A stretch of DNA of 64,000 nucleotides from Vulcanimicrobiales bacterium (GTDB lineage: Bacteria; Vulcanimicrobiota; Vulcanimicrobiia; Vulcanimicrobiales; Vulcanimicrobiaceae): NCBI GenBank assembly GCA_038231455.1, contig JBBRLI010000003.1, positions 1 to 64,000 on the forward strand, in the 5' to 3' direction. Positions 44,084 to 54,682 of this stretch are shown here, piece after piece; the stretch's first letter is position 1; each line of letters begins with the position of its first letter. The notes under the pieces are model-generated. The model made no database searches. It was not told the origin of the DNA and saw only the letters and a program-made list of their open reading frames with translations. The translations under genes and the position numbers were made by a program.

Positions 44084-45081
44084 CCGACACGATTCGATGG
44101 GGCATCTTGAGCACGGCGAACATCGCCCTCAAGCGCTTTATCCCGGGTGTGAAATTGTCGCGGAACGGAACCCTTGCGGCAATTGCCAGCCGCGATCTTA
44201 AGCGCGCGCAGTCTGCCGCAGGCGAACACGGGATTCCAAAAGCATACGGGTCGTACGAAGAACTGCTCGCCGATCCCGAGATCGACGCCATCTACAATCC
44301 GCTTCCCAATGCGCTGCACGCGGAGTGGACGATCAAAGCGGCCGCAGCCGGCAAGCCGATCCTCTGCGAGAAGCCGATCTCGATCAATACGGCTGATGCT
44401 CTGCGGATGATCGAGGCTTGCAAATACAACGACGTGCTGCTTATGGAAGCGTTTATGTATCGCTTCCACCCGCAGCACGCGCGCGTGCGCGAACTCATCG
44501 CCGCTGGCGCGATCGGCGAATTGCGGTCGGTCCGCGCCTCGTTTTCGTTCTTGCTCGAACCGTTTTCACGGAAGAACGTGCGTTTACAGCACGATCTTGG
44601 GGGCGGTGCGCTTGCCGATGTTGGTTGTTACGCCGTCAATGCCGCGCGCATGCTCTTCGGTGAGGAACCGCTCTGGGCGTCGGCGCAGTGGGATGTGCGC
44701 GAACAATTCGGCGTCGACGTTGCGACCTCCGGCGTCTTGTGTTTCTCCGATCGACGATTTGCCAGTATCGACTGCGGCTTTCGCGCGTCAACGTACGGCA
44801 CGTACACGGCGATCGGAACGAAGGGCCATATCGACGTGCCTGAAGCATTCGTCCCCGACGATGATGTCGTGCTCGTGATTACCGAAGGCCGCGAGCGGCG
44901 CGAAGAGCGGCTACCGAAGGTGCATCAATTCGCGCTCGAAGCCGAAGAGTTCGCGGATGCCCTCCTGACCGGCCGGCCGCTAACCATGGGTCCGCTCGAT
45001 GGCGTCGCCAACCTGCACGTCGTCGATGCGCTCGCACGTTCGGCGACGGCGCTTGGCTTGCGGCAAGACGTGCGCCGCTAA
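44080..45081 (+). CDS. Gfo/Idh/MocA oxidoreductase
   Basis: IRWGILSTANIA, LCEKP, EAFMYRFHPQ and GGGALADVGCY motifs. GTG start overlaps the upstream stop. Confidence 0.92.
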   Translation: MTDTIRWGILSTANIALKRFIPGVKLSRNGTLAAIASRDLKRAQSAAGEHGIPKAYGSYEELLADPEIDAIYNPLPNALHAEWTIKAAAAGKPILCEKPISINTADALRMIEACKYNDVLLMEAFMYRFHPQHARVRELIAAGAIGELRSVRASFSFLLEPFSRKNVRLQHDLGGGALADVGCYAVNAARMLFGEEPLWASAQWDVREQFGVDVATSGVLCFSDRRFASIDCGFRASTYGTYTAIGTKGHIDVPEAFVPDDDVVLVITEGRERREERLPKVHQFALEAEEFADALLTGRPLTMGPLDGVANLHVVDALARSATALGLRQDVRR

Positions 45082-45084
45082 GGT

Positions 45085-45744
45085 ATGCGCCCCGTCGTCA
45101 CTCAGGCGGCTGGGAAAACGTACGCGAGCGGTGTCGTCGCGCTGCGCGGGGTCTCGTTTGCGATCGGCGCGGGCGAGATGGTGGCGATCTGTGGCCCCAG
45201 TGGCTGCGGAAAGAGTACGTTGCTCGCGCTGCTGGGGTGCGTCGATGTTCCGAGCACGGGGACGATATCAATCGACGGCGCGATAACTTCGCGACTGAAC
45301 GATCGCGCGCTCACGCGTCTCCGGCGCCAGCGGATCGGCACCGTTTTTCAATCATTCAATTTGTTGCAAACGCTGACGATCGCCGAAAACATTGCCGTGC
45401 CGCTGGTTTTAGCCGGCTGGAAACTCGCAGCGGTGGAGCGCCGCACGATCGACGTTCTGGAGCGCGTTGGGATTCGCGAGCAAGCCGATCGTTTGCCGTC
45501 GCAAATCTCCGGAGGACAGGCACAGCGAGCGGCGATCGCGCGGGCGATCGTCCACGAACCCGCGATCCTTCTCGCCGATGAACCGACCGGAAATCTCGAT
45601 TCGAAAACCGGCGCTGAAATTTTGTCGCTGCTTCGCGAGCTCGCGCGGGGCGGTCAGACGATTGCGATGGCAACGCATGACATGCGGGCGGCGGATAGCT
45701 GCGATCGGACGCTGGTTTTGCGCGATGGAGCGCTTATCGCATGA
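45085..45744 (+). CDS. ABC ATP-binding protein (LolD/MacB type)
   Basis: [17 protein letters not shown] and [10 protein letters not shown] motifs. Confidence 0.92.
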   Translation: MRPVVTQAAGKTYASGVVALRGVSFAIGAGEMVAICGPSGCGKSTLLALLGCVDVPSTGTISIDGAITSRLNDRALTRLRRQRIGTVFQSFNLLQTLTIAENIAVPLVLAGWKLAAVERRTIDVLERVGIREQADRLPSQISGGQAQRAAIARAIVHEPAILLADEPTGNLDSKTGAEILSLLRELARGGQTIAMATHDMRAADSCDRTLVLRDGALIA

Positions 45745-48188
45745 TCTTCGATGCGCTCTTTTTCCGTCAATTTCGGCGCAACGCGCTGCTCTCACTCGTG
45801 ACGATTGCAGCGATTGCTCTCGCCGTTGCGGTACTTACGGCAATCGAACTTGCGAACGCATCTGCAGCACGCGCATTTGCCGATGCCGATTCACACCTTC
45901 ACGACCGCATCGGCATCCAGATCGTCGGCAGCGCTCCGTTTGACGAACGGGGAATCGCGCGAATCGCTACGCAGCCCGGCGTGGTTGCCGCATTGCCGAT
46001 CACCGAGGATCAACTATTAATCGAGGGGCCGGAGCCCGAAATCGTGCGTGCGGTTGGCGTCGATTCCCTTGCACGTCTGCCCATCGATGCGGAATTCCGC
46101 AACGAACGCCCGGGCCCGTTTTCGGACGGCGGGCGCGTGCAGTCGGCGTTATTCGCCGGCGGCGCCATCGTTTCGGCGCGACTCGCCGCGCACGCGGGTG
46201 CCTCGCTCTTGGTCCGCGCGCGCGGCGCTCGCATACGTGTTCAGATTGCCGGCGTACTTCCGGCGGGTCGAGCCGGTGCCGATTCGAGTACGGTGTTTTT
46301 CGATATCGCTTCCGCGCAGCGGCTCTTCGGTAAACGTGGCGTGCTCGATCGGATCGATTTAATCGTCGATGCGGGCGAGCGTCGCGCGCTCGTCGCGCGG
46401 CTTCCCCCGCTCGTGCCGCGCGGAACGCAGGCGATCGACACCGTCGATCAACGCGCGGCGGTGGGGACGCTGCGCGATGCTTTTACACACGATCTCGATG
46501 CGCTCGCCGCGGTCGCTCTTCTCGTTGCAGCATTGCTCGTGGCCAATGCCGGCGCGATTGGCGTCGTGCAACGTCGACCGGAAATCGGTATCTTACGCGC
46601 GCTCGGCGCAGAGCGCGGTCAAATATTTCGCGCATTCCTCGCCGAGGGGATGACCTTTGGCGCGTTCGGCGCGCTCTTTGGGGTGATCGCCGGTGTAGCG
46701 CTTGCGGGCTTGGCCGCGCGTGCGCTCGGTATTGCCGTCGACCCCTCGCCGGATCCCCTGCTCTTGATCTTGTGTTGGACGATCGGCGTGGTGCTGGCCA
46801 TGCTGGCAGCCGTCTACCCGGCGCTCATCGCGGCGCGGACGCCTCCGGCGATTGCCATGCGTTCGACCGGCTTTGAGGGTTCGAGCAGTAGTCGCGCAAA
46901 GGTGTTCGGCACGATCGGCGGTGTGTTGCTTCTTGCCGGAGCGACGTTCGCTGCATTCAGTAATCCGACTGCCGGTGGGTTCGCGGCGATCGCCGTCATC
47001 ATCGGGAGTGTTTGCCTTGTGCCGTCGATCGTCGATGGATCTTCGCGGGCGTTCGGACAGGTCGCGGACCGACGTTCCGCGGCGGCGCGATTGGCCGCGG
47101 CGAATCTCGGGGTGACGCCCGCCCGTATTGGCGTTGCCGTCGCGTCGCTGGCGATTGCGATTGCACTCGGAGCGAGCGTGGCGATTGTGATCGCATCGTT
47201 CCAATCGACCATGCTCGCGTGGGCGAATGCAACATTGCGCGCCGATATCGTGGTCTCGGTGCCGCCGGGTACCGGGCTTTCATCCGCGCTGCTCGGACGA
47301 TTGCGTGCGCTTCGCGAAGTTGCGCACGTCGATAGCAAACGCACCACGAACGTCCCGTTTCGCGGTTCGCTGGTCCGGCTTGACGCCCAGAATCTCGAAC
47401 GTGGCGCGTCCGGACTGCGCATTGTCTCCGGCGGTATTCCAAGCGATCGTGAGGCGATCGTTGTCAGCGAACGGTTTGTCGCGCAGTTTCACGTCGGCTT
47501 GGGCGAGCGAATCTCGCTCGTGACGTCGCGCGGGCCGGTACCGCTGCGCATTGCCGCAATCGCCGCCGACTATGAAAACGCGATCGGCGTCATCACACTC
47601 GATACGAAAACCGACCGCTTTCTCTTTGGCGAGCGTGAGGCAACATCGGCGTCTGTCGTCATGCGCAGCGGCGCGAATCCGATTGTCGTGCGCACGCAAC
47701 TCGCGCACGCTGCCGGCGAGCTTCCGATTCGCTTGGAGACGACGGCCGAACTCCGGGCATCGATCGTCGCGCTGTTTAACGGCGTGTTTGTCGCTGCTGC
47801 GGGCCTTGGATTCGTTGCAATCGCGATCGCCATTCTTGGGGTGACGAGCACGCTATACGCTCTCATCGCCGAACGTCGCACCGAGATCGAACTCTTGCGC
47901 GTTCTTGGCTTACGCGTGCGCGGCGTACGCAGCATGGTTCTCTATGAAGCGGGCATGATCGGTATCGTTGGAGCCGCGATCGGAATGACGCTTGGCCTTT
48001 GCCTTGCGCTCATCGTGCTCTTTGCGATCGACCGACCGTTGTTCGGCTGGACCATCGGCTTGCACGTACCGCTCGGGACCCTTGCTGCGATTGCCGGTGC
48101 GGTCATCGCAGCGGCGCTTGCGGCCGGATTGTATCCGGCGCACGTTGCAGCACGTTTGCTCGTGCGTGACGCGGTGCGTTCGGAATGA
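45741..48188 (+). CDS. Double FtsX-like ABC permease
   Basis: Two MacB/FtsX modules (QRRPEIGILRALGA and ERRTEIELLRVLGL). Confidence 0.88.
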   Translation: MIFDALFFRQFRRNALLSLVTIAAIALAVAVLTAIELANASAARAFADADSHLHDRIGIQIVGSAPFDERGIARIATQPGVVAALPITEDQLLIEGPEPEIVRAVGVDSLARLPIDAEFRNERPGPFSDGGRVQSALFAGGAIVSARLAAHAGASLLVRARGARIRVQIAGVLPAGRAGADSSTVFFDIASAQRLFGKRGVLDRIDLIVDAGERRALVARLPPLVPRGTQAIDTVDQRAAVGTLRDAFTHDLDALAAVALLVAALLVANAGAIGVVQRRPEIGILRALGAERGQIFRAFLAEGMTFGAFGALFGVIAGVALAGLAARALGIAVDPSPDPLLLILCWTIGVVLAMLAAVYPALIAARTPPAIAMRSTGFEGSSSSRAKVFGTIGGVLLLAGATFAAFSNPTAGGFAAIAVIIGSVCLVPSIVDGSSRAFGQVADRRSAAARLAAANLGVTPARIGVAVASLAIAIALGASVAIVIASFQSTMLAWANATLRADIVVSVPPGTGLSSALLGRLRALREVAHVDSKRTTNVPFRGSLVRLDAQNLERGASGLRIVSGGIPSDREAIVVSERFVAQFHVGLGERISLVTSRGPVPLRIAAIAADYENAIGVITLDTKTDRFLFGEREATSASVVMRSGANPIVVRTQLAHAAGELPIRLETTAELRASIVALFNGVFVAAAGLGFVAIAIAILGVTSTLYALIAERRTEIELLRVLGLRVRGVRSMVLYEAGMIGIVGAAIGMTLGLCLALIVLFAIDRPLFGWTIGLHVPLGTLAAIAGAVIAAALAAGLYPAHVAARLLVRDAVRSE

Positions 48189-49171
48189 GAAGCCTGGCTC
48201 TTGCGCTGGCTCTTGCGATTTTTTTCCCCTCGGCAGATGTGTTGGCGTCGACTTCCGTTCCGCGGAAGCGCGAGGTTTGGCGTTCACTCATTCACGTGAG
48301 GACGGATCGCGGACGAAACATCGATCTTGCCGCGATATTTTTTCGCTACGCCGTTTCCGCAAGCCGGGACGGCAGCGCATGGTCGACGACCGCGATCGAT
48401 CCCGCCAGCGTTGCGATCGTCGACGAAGACAACCACCAGATGTATGCTGCAAGCGCGGTACAGCGCGAAGCACTCGGCCTAGCACACGCGCGATCGGACC
48501 GTCTCGATGTTGCGGTGGGACGCCTCTGGATGCGAATGGCGAACCACGATCCTCGCGCGCATGTCGCCCTCCACCTCGAAGCCGGAGCTGCAATCGCCGA
48601 TCTCGACGAACGCGTGGAGCTTCCGCTGATCGCCCTTGGGAACGGTGCGAGTGCCTACCCCCGACTCGCGGTACGGGGCACGGTTCGGATCGGCAACGAG
48701 TCGCTCGCCGTCCGCGGAACGGGATGGATCGACCATGTGCTCGGCGATACAGCCGCAGGTGAAGATGGTTGGGACCGGTTCGTCGTTGCCTTTGATGACG
48801 GTCGCGTACTGCTCGTCGAACGTCGCCGGAATGCAAGCGGTGTCCGCACGAATGTGGACGGCGGTATCTTTGTCGATCGGAGCGGCGCCGTTCATCGACT
48901 GAGCGCCGGCGATTTTACCGTTGAAAACCCGCTTTCAACGAATTGGCTGAGCGTTCGAACGCACGCGCGCTATCCATCGCTTTGGGAAATCTCGGTTCCC
49001 AGTGCCGGATTGGATCTTGCGTTGATTCCCCCGATCCAAAATCAAGAGATCGTTGGTGAGGGCCAAGGCCAATCATTTTACGATGGCGCCCTCACGGTCG
49101 AACGATTCCCGCCGCCCGAGCATACGGATCGCGGGCGCGGCTTCGTCGAGCTTACCGGCTACGTGCCTTAA
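48185..49171 (+). CDS. AttH/CrtC-like lipocalin-domain protein
   Basis: GTGWIDH, GWDRF, W.S..T.ARYP..W, NQE and GRGFVELTGY motifs, plus a signal peptide. Confidence 0.78.
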   Translation: MRSLALALALAIFFPSADVLASTSVPRKREVWRSLIHVRTDRGRNIDLAAIFFRYAVSASRDGSAWSTTAIDPASVAIVDEDNHQMYAASAVQREALGLAHARSDRLDVAVGRLWMRMANHDPRAHVALHLEAGAAIADLDERVELPLIALGNGASAYPRLAVRGTVRIGNESLAVRGTGWIDHVLGDTAAGEDGWDRFVVAFDDGRVLLVERRRNASGVRTNVDGGIFVDRSGAVHRLSAGDFTVENPLSTNWLSVRTHARYPSLWEISVPSAGLDLALIPPIQNQEIVGEGQGQSFYDGALTVERFPPPEHTDRGRGFVELTGYVP

Positions 49172-49779
49172 GGCGCGTTCGGCGCGACGTTGGTGTAGGC
49201 GATGGTTTTTACGAGGTCGTTGCCGATGAAGCGCTGCACGCGCACGGGCAGCCCGGTTGCTATCGAGCAGTCAATGAGATCGCGCGTGTAGCCACCGGAT
49301 TTTGCGGGATCGGCAATCGCAAGCGTGAGTTCGTTTGTAGCCGTGCCATCGATCGTTGGCCCCGGCTTTTGCGTAAGAGTGCCGTCATTTTGCAAATGCG
49401 CGAGCACCCAGCCAAACGATGCCATCGCGACGGTGTCGCCGCGTAGCGTCACGACGCGCGGATCGGTGAGCGCGACTTTGATGTGCATGTGCGAGAAGAT
49501 GCCGGGCGGCGAAGCGACAACGGTCGAGCCGCCGTCCCATTCTTCGCGTCCGCCGCGCCCGGGGCCGGCGGCGACGGCGATCGTCGCGTGATGCGGTTTA
49601 CTGAAGGTGAAATCGTACGTGCGGTCCTGGACGTTGCTCCCGGCCGTCTCGTGCATGACGAGCGTGGCGTGATAGGCGGGGATCGCTGCCCACGACTGCG
49701 CGAAGCGGTCAAGCGCCGCGTTCTGCGGCGCGAGTGCCATACCGGCGGCTAGGAGAGGCAAGATCAGCAAACGTTTCAT
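49168..49779 (-). CDS. LolA-like periplasmic carrier/sorting protein
   Basis: ATG 49779, signal peptide, FTFSKP, and TGLPVRV...TIAYTNV pattern. Confidence 0.55.
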   Translation of the reverse strand: MKRLLILPLLAAGMALAPQNAALDRFAQSWAAIPAYHATLVMHETAGSNVQDRTYDFTFSKPHHATIAVAAGPGRGGREEWDGGSTVVASPPGIFSHMHIKVALTDPRVVTLRGDTVAMASFGWVLAHLQNDGTLTQKPGPTIDGTATNELTLAIADPAKSGGYTRDLIDCSIATGLPVRVQRFIGNDLVKTIAYTNVAPNAP

Positions 49780-49863
49780 ACGGCCGTGTAACGCGAAGGA
49801 CGCCGGAGAAGTTACGGATCGACGCTCGGTTGGTTTCGGGTCCAAAGTTGGGTAGAAGAACGT

Positions 49864-50292
49864 ATGAGCCGCGCGTTTATGAAAGAGCGGGACGACGTTC
49901 CCGAGTTACCGATCCTCCTGCGTGATCCGGCGGAGCCGCAACTGATGACGGCCTCGGGTCTCGAGCGGCTGCACGCGAAGCGTGCTACGGCCATGACGCC
50001 GATGGAGCGCCTGCGGATCGACAATGCCATAGCGGCTGCCGTTGTTGTCGAGCCGCCACTCGATACGAGCGTTGTCGCATTCGGTGCAACGGTCCGCGTG
50101 AGTGGAGCTGCTGCGCTGGAACGCACGTATACCATTGTTGGAACCGATGATGCCGATGTCGGCGCGGGCCGCATCAGCGTGCATTCACCGCTCGCCGACG
50201 CACTGATGGGCGGACGTGTGGGCGATCGCGTGACATGGAGTCGGCCAGCAGGGGACCGGACGCTAACGATTCTTGAGGTTGGCTACCGCTAA
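49864..50292 (+). CDS. GreA/GreB family protein (short)
   Basis: VAFGATV, YTIVGTDDAD and ISVHSPLADALMG motifs. Confidence 0.8.
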   Translation: MSRAFMKERDDVPELPILLRDPAEPQLMTASGLERLHAKRATAMTPMERLRIDNAIAAAVVVEPPLDTSVVAFGATVRVSGAAALERTYTIVGTDDADVGAGRISVHSPLADALMGGRVGDRVTWSRPAGDRTLTILEVGYR

Positions 50293-50336
50293 GCACCGGG
50301 CAAGGCCGGTCCACGCGCCGCGCGCAACTCGCTTGC

Positions 50337-50801
50337 ATGGATGAACGAGAGATCGCTGGCGTTTTCGCGCCGCCGCCGTTGATTTTTGGAACGGCACTCC
50401 TGGGTGGACTTGCACTTGGCGCGCTCACCGACCGCAACGATCGCGGCCGTGCGGTGGTGCGCGGCATCGGCGTGCTTGCCCTCATCGGCGGCGCGGTCAT
50501 CGGGGCAGCCGCGATCGCCGAACTCAAACGCGTCGGGACGAACTTGAGCCCCTTCGAGCCAACCACCGCGCTCTGCACGTCTGGCATTTTTGCACGGACG
50601 CGGAATCCCGCCTACGTCGGCGCGACCTCGATCTACATCGGCATCGCATTACTCGCGCGCTCGATCCCAGCGTTCGTGTTACTCCCCGTCGCGCTGGCGA
50701 TGATGGATAGCGGCGTTGTCGATCGCGAAGAACGCTATTTGGAGAAAAAATTCGGCGCAACGTACAAGACCTATCGCGCCGAGGTTGCGCGCTGGTTTTA
50801 A
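50337..50801 (+). CDS. Isoprenylcysteine carboxyl methyltransferase/PEMT family membrane protein
   Basis: GIFARTRNPAY and REERYLEKKFGATY motifs. Confidence 0.85.
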   Translation: MDEREIAGVFAPPPLIFGTALLGGLALGALTDRNDRGRAVVRGIGVLALIGGAVIGAAAIAELKRVGTNLSPFEPTTALCTSGIFARTRNPAYVGATSIYIGIALLARSIPAFVLLPVALAMMDSGVVDREERYLEKKFGATYKTYRAEVARWF

Positions 50802-50847
50802 CGTTTGCGGAAGGGTCGCTTCGGTTCGCTGCGGTAGCCCGGAAGGT

Positions 50848-51219
50848 ATGGAAACGTTTTCGGTTTCTCATGCGCGCGATGGCGACTATCAAGCTGGCGG
50901 CTTACGCGATTTCTTCGAATATCGCGATCTTGGCGTTGCAGCGGCCACGGGCGGGCGCGTCGGTGCACACGTCATCCGCGCTCGCGGCGCGCACGACGAA
51001 GCGGGGACGACGCATCGTCATACACTCGACGTGCAACTCGTCTACGTGCTGCGCGGCTGGATTACGTTTGCGTATGCGGGTCAGGGCGAGGTGACGCTGC
51101 GGGCGGGCTCTTGCGTCCATCAACCGCCGGGAATCGTACACACGGAACTCGGACACTCGGCGGATTTAGAGATGCTCGAGATCACGCTGCCGGCAACGTT
51201 TGCAACCGCCCCGGCGTAG
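50848..51219 (+). CDS. Cupin domain protein
   Basis: HRH...QLVYVLRG and HQPPGIVH motifs. Start ATG 50848. Confidence 0.85.
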   Translation: METFSVSHARDGDYQAGGLRDFFEYRDLGVAAATGGRVGAHVIRARGAHDEAGTTHRHTLDVQLVYVLRGWITFAYAGQGEVTLRAGSCVHQPPGIVHTELGHSADLEMLEITLPATFATAPA

Positions 51220-51223
51220 TCGC

Positions 51224-52240
51224 GTGCAACATGTTCTTACCGCGTTCGCACTTGCGTTTGGTTGCGTCCTCGCATCGGCCGTATCCGCGCAGGCCGCTTG
51301 CCCAGGCAAGGTTCCGGCGAAGGCGCTTTACTACATCACGGATCGAGCGGCGCAGAGCGGAGACGGACTTTTTTCCGGCGAGCGCGGCTATGGTATGGGG
51401 CATTTGCCACGCGTCGTGCGCGGGACGATTGCCGCGCCGGTCGGCCATGTGAGGGCGCGCGCGTGCGCATCGGAGTCAGAATTCTACTCCTCCGTTGCTG
51501 CCACGATGGCGGCGGTAAACACGTCGACGATCATTCTCTACGTCCCGGGCTACTACACCTCGTTTGCACAGGCAACCGGCGATGCGCTCAAGTTGCAGGC
51601 GATTTCGCATGTTAGCGGGCCCGTGATCGTGTATTCGTGGCCCTCGAAAGTAACGAGCCGCCTTACCTACATCAACGACGAGAGCAACGCCACGTGGTCG
51701 ATGATCTCGTTCAAAGATACCCTTGCCGCGCTACGAAAGCGCTTCCCATCCGCCCGGTTTTCTTTTGTCGCGCACAGTCTGGGCTCGCGCTTTGCGCTGG
51801 AGGGGATGGACGCTCTGCGGTTGAGTGGCTGCACCGGCTGCGTCGGTCGTACGGCGTTTTTTGCAGCCGACGTTGATTCCGACACGATGCTTGCCGAACT
51901 TCATGCCGATGGGCTGTGCGCCGGACCGCCGAAAACGAATCCGACCGTCTCGGCCCCCGTCGTGCTCTATGCAAGCAACAAAGATGTCGCTCTGCGTCAG
52001 TCACAGCAACTTCACGGACATCAGCGTGCCGGTCAAGCGGGCAACGAACTGATCCTCTGCAGTGGCGTCGACACGATCGATGTGAGCTACTTCAAGAGTT
52101 CGGATCGCGTCGGTCACACCTACCAAGTTGACGCGAAGGTCGCAAACGACGCACGCGCGGCATTTGCGGGCGTCCCGCCGCGTAAACGCGGTCTCAAATC
52201 CGTCGAGCGCGGCGGCAAGATCTACTACGAACTTCGCTAG
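51224..52240 (+). CDS. Secreted DUF900-like alpha/beta hydrolase
   Basis: YVPGY, YSWPS, AHSLG, AADVD and YASNKDVAL motifs. Confidence 0.8.
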   Translation: MQHVLTAFALAFGCVLASAVSAQAACPGKVPAKALYYITDRAAQSGDGLFSGERGYGMGHLPRVVRGTIAAPVGHVRARACASESEFYSSVAATMAAVNTSTIILYVPGYYTSFAQATGDALKLQAISHVSGPVIVYSWPSKVTSRLTYINDESNATWSMISFKDTLAALRKRFPSARFSFVAHSLGSRFALEGMDALRLSGCTGCVGRTAFFAADVDSDTMLAELHADGLCAGPPKTNPTVSAPVVLYASNKDVALRQSQQLHGHQRAGQAGNELILCSGVDTIDVSYFKSSDRVGHTYQVDAKVANDARAAFAGVPPRKRGLKSVERGGKIYYELR

Positions 52241-53184
52241 AGCGGTGTCTCGAGCCGATCTCCACCGAGCGCGGCAACGATGTTGCGCGCGGCGAGCAGT
52301 GACATCCGCTCGCGTGTTTCGTGCGTCGCGCTACCGATGTGCGGTGTGATAATGCAGTTCTCGAGTGCCAGAAGCGGGTGACCCGGGGGGATCGGTTCGG
52401 GATCGGTCACATCGAGCGCAGCGCCCGCGATCGTGCCGTTCTGGAGTGCCGCGAGCAGTGCGTCGGTATCGACGATGCCGCCGCGCGCTCCGTTGATGAA
52501 GTACGCCGTCGGCTTCATGTGCGCGAATGCGTTTGCGTTGAATTTCTTGCGGGTCTCGGCGGTGAGCGGGACGAGGACGATCACACAGTCAGCGCTTGCG
52601 AGCAAGTCCTCGAAGGTCATGTACCAGGCCCCGATGAGCGCATCATCGCTCCGTGGCTTGCGGTTGTGATAGGCGACGTGCATGCGGCTGGCTTTCGCGC
52701 GCCGCGCCACCGCAAGTCCAATCGCTCCGAGGCCGACGATTCCAAGTCGCATTTCTTCAAGGTCGGTGCCGTACGGGATCGCGGGGATGCTCGTCCACTT
52801 GCCGTCTTTGATCCACTGCGCTCCGACGACGATCCGGCGCATGAGCGCAAGCGTCAGCCCCCACACCAAATCCGCCGTCGCTTCGACGAGGACGCCCGGC
52901 GTGTTGGTGACGGGAATGCCGCACAAGCGCGCGGCCGCAAGATCGATATTATCCGTGCCGACCGACGCCGATGCGATGATTTTTAGGCGCGGTGCGTGCG
53001 CGATCAGTTCGGCATCCACGGGCACGTTCGAGGCGCAGTAGAGCGCATCGGCATCTTCGAGTGTCTCGAGCAGCACGTCGCGCGGTTCGTCGGCATTGCA
53101 GAGCACGACGTCCGCCACGGTCTCGATCAGCGACCTCGCTGCGGGATAGATGCCGGCCGCGACGACGACTTTTGCACGTTTCAC
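52237..53184 (-). CDS. D-isomer-specific 2-hydroxyacid dehydrogenase (glyoxylate/D-glycerate reductase-like)
   Basis: GIVGLGAIG, INGARGGIVD, LDVTDPEP and TPHIGSAT motifs. Confidence 0.92.
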   Translation of the reverse strand: MKRAKVVVAAGIYPAARSLIETVADVVLCNADEPRDVLLETLEDADALYCASNVPVDAELIAHAPRLKIIASASVGTDNIDLAAARLCGIPVTNTPGVLVEATADLVWGLTLALMRRIVVGAQWIKDGKWTSIPAIPYGTDLEEMRLGIVGLGAIGLAVARRAKASRMHVAYHNRKPRSDDALIGAWYMTFEDLLASADCVIVLVPLTAETRKKFNANAFAHMKPTAYFINGARGGIVDTDALLAALQNGTIAGAALDVTDPEPIPPGHPLLALENCIITPHIGSATHETRERMSLLAARNIVAALGGDRLETPL

Positions 53185-53245
53185 TCAAATGCGCTTCGCG
53201 TATGCCAGCGATGGACCCGTCATCCCCTCCGCGAACCCGATCGCG

Positions 53246-53794
53246 ATGACCTTAACGGACGAACTCGCGCGCTACCGTGGCGCGGATGAACGCGAGCGGG
53301 CAATGGCCGCGGAAGTGGCGGCGTTCCTGGACGAACACGACGATGCGTTCGAGCGCTCTCTGCTGCTCGGACACATCACGGCTTCGGCGTGGATCGTCGA
53401 TCGTGAACGCACGCATGCCTTACTTACCCATCATCGCAAGCTCGGGCGCTGGCTTCAACTCGGCGGGCACGTTGACGGCGAGCGTGACGTCCGTGCGGCG
53501 GCGCTGCGCGAGGCGCAAGAAGAATCGGGGCTCGCGGAGATCGTCGCGCTGGAAGAAGCGATCTACGATGTGGACGTGCACGTCATACCGGCGCGCGGCG
53601 CGGAACCCCGGCACAAGCATTACGATATCCGCTTCGCCTTTGAAGCCGATCGCAGAGCGCCACTCGTTGTGAGCGACGAATCGCACGCGCTAGCGTGGGT
53701 CGCGCTCGACGAACTCGACCGCTACGACACCGACGAGTCGGTCATGCGACTCGCGCGCAAGACCGCCCGTTTAGCGCGGAGCGGCGGCGCGTAA
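53246..53794 (+). CDS. NUDIX hydrolase
   Basis: GHITASAWI and WLQLGGHVDGE...AALREAQEESGL Nudix box. Confidence 0.9.
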   Translation: MTLTDELARYRGADERERAMAAEVAAFLDEHDDAFERSLLLGHITASAWIVDRERTHALLTHHRKLGRWLQLGGHVDGERDVRAAALREAQEESGLAEIVALEEAIYDVDVHVIPARGAEPRHKHYDIRFAFEADRRAPLVVSDESHALAWVALDELDRYDTDESVMRLARKTARLARSGGA

Positions 53795-54682
53795 GAGACG
53801 ATCGCGCACGGCGTGCGTGCGCGGCCCAAGGGGCGGCAACGTCGCAACGATGATGTCGACACCGCTTGCGTCGAGGTCGCGTAAACGCGCGTAGAGTTCG
53901 CGTCCCGCGGCGCCCGGGTCGTCGGGTAACTCCAGCAGCGCGACGCGTGCGCCGTCGGCGACATACCGCGCCGCCACATCGCGTCGCTCGGGCTCTTCGA
54001 CGAGTTCGACGCGGGCGCGTGGGGCGTAGTGCGAGGCGAGCATCCCCGGCGCACGTACAGCGCTCAAAGGATTGCGCTCGCCGATCGCGTGGCCGATGAG
54101 GTGCGCGATATCTTCGGCGGTGATCGCCCCGGTTCGCAGGATGACGGGGTCACCGGAGGTGAGGTCGACGATCGTGGACTCGAGGCCGAACTCCGCCTGC
54201 CCCCCGTCGACGATCGCATCGACTTCATCGCCGAGATCGGCGCGGACGTGCGCGGCCGTCGTTGGACTCACCGCGCCAAACCGATTGGCCGATGGTGCGA
54301 CGAGTCCGCCGCCGAATTCGCTTAGAATCGCATGCGCGAGCGGGTGTGCGGGTACGCGGATCGCGACGGTGTCTTGGCCGCCGGTGATCCGATCGCTCAC
54401 GCGTGACGAACGCTGCAGAACCATCGTGAGCGGACCCGGCCAAAAGCGTTCGGCGAGGACATGTGCGATCGGCGGGGCCATTTGCGTCCACTGCGCGATT
54501 TCCAGCGCGTCGGCGAGATGTACGATTAGGGGATGATCGGCAGGGCGATGTTTGATCGCAAATACTCGCGCGATTGCCGCGTCGTTTTCCGCATCGGCCG
54601 CAAGGCCGTAGACGGTTTCGGTCGGCAGTACGATAACGCCGCCCGCACGCAGGATGCGGACGGCATCGTCGATTTGGTTCAC
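53771..54682 (-). CDS. tsaC: L-threonylcarbamoyladenylate synthase (Sua5/TsaC2)
   Basis: PTETVYGL, HPLIVH, APSANRFG, ESTIVD and PGMLASHYAP motifs. GTG start at 54682. Confidence 0.93.
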   Translation of the reverse strand: MNQIDDAVRILRAGGVIVLPTETVYGLAADAENDAAIARVFAIKHRPADHPLIVHLADALEIAQWTQMAPPIAHVLAERFWPGPLTMVLQRSSRVSDRITGGQDTVAIRVPAHPLAHAILSEFGGGLVAPSANRFGAVSPTTAAHVRADLGDEVDAIVDGGQAEFGLESTIVDLTSGDPVILRTGAITAEDIAHLIGHAIGERNPLSAVRAPGMLASHYAPRARVELVEEPERRDVAARYVADGARVALLELPDDPGAAGRELYARLRDLDASGVDIIVATLPPLGPRTHAVRDRLLRAAAPR

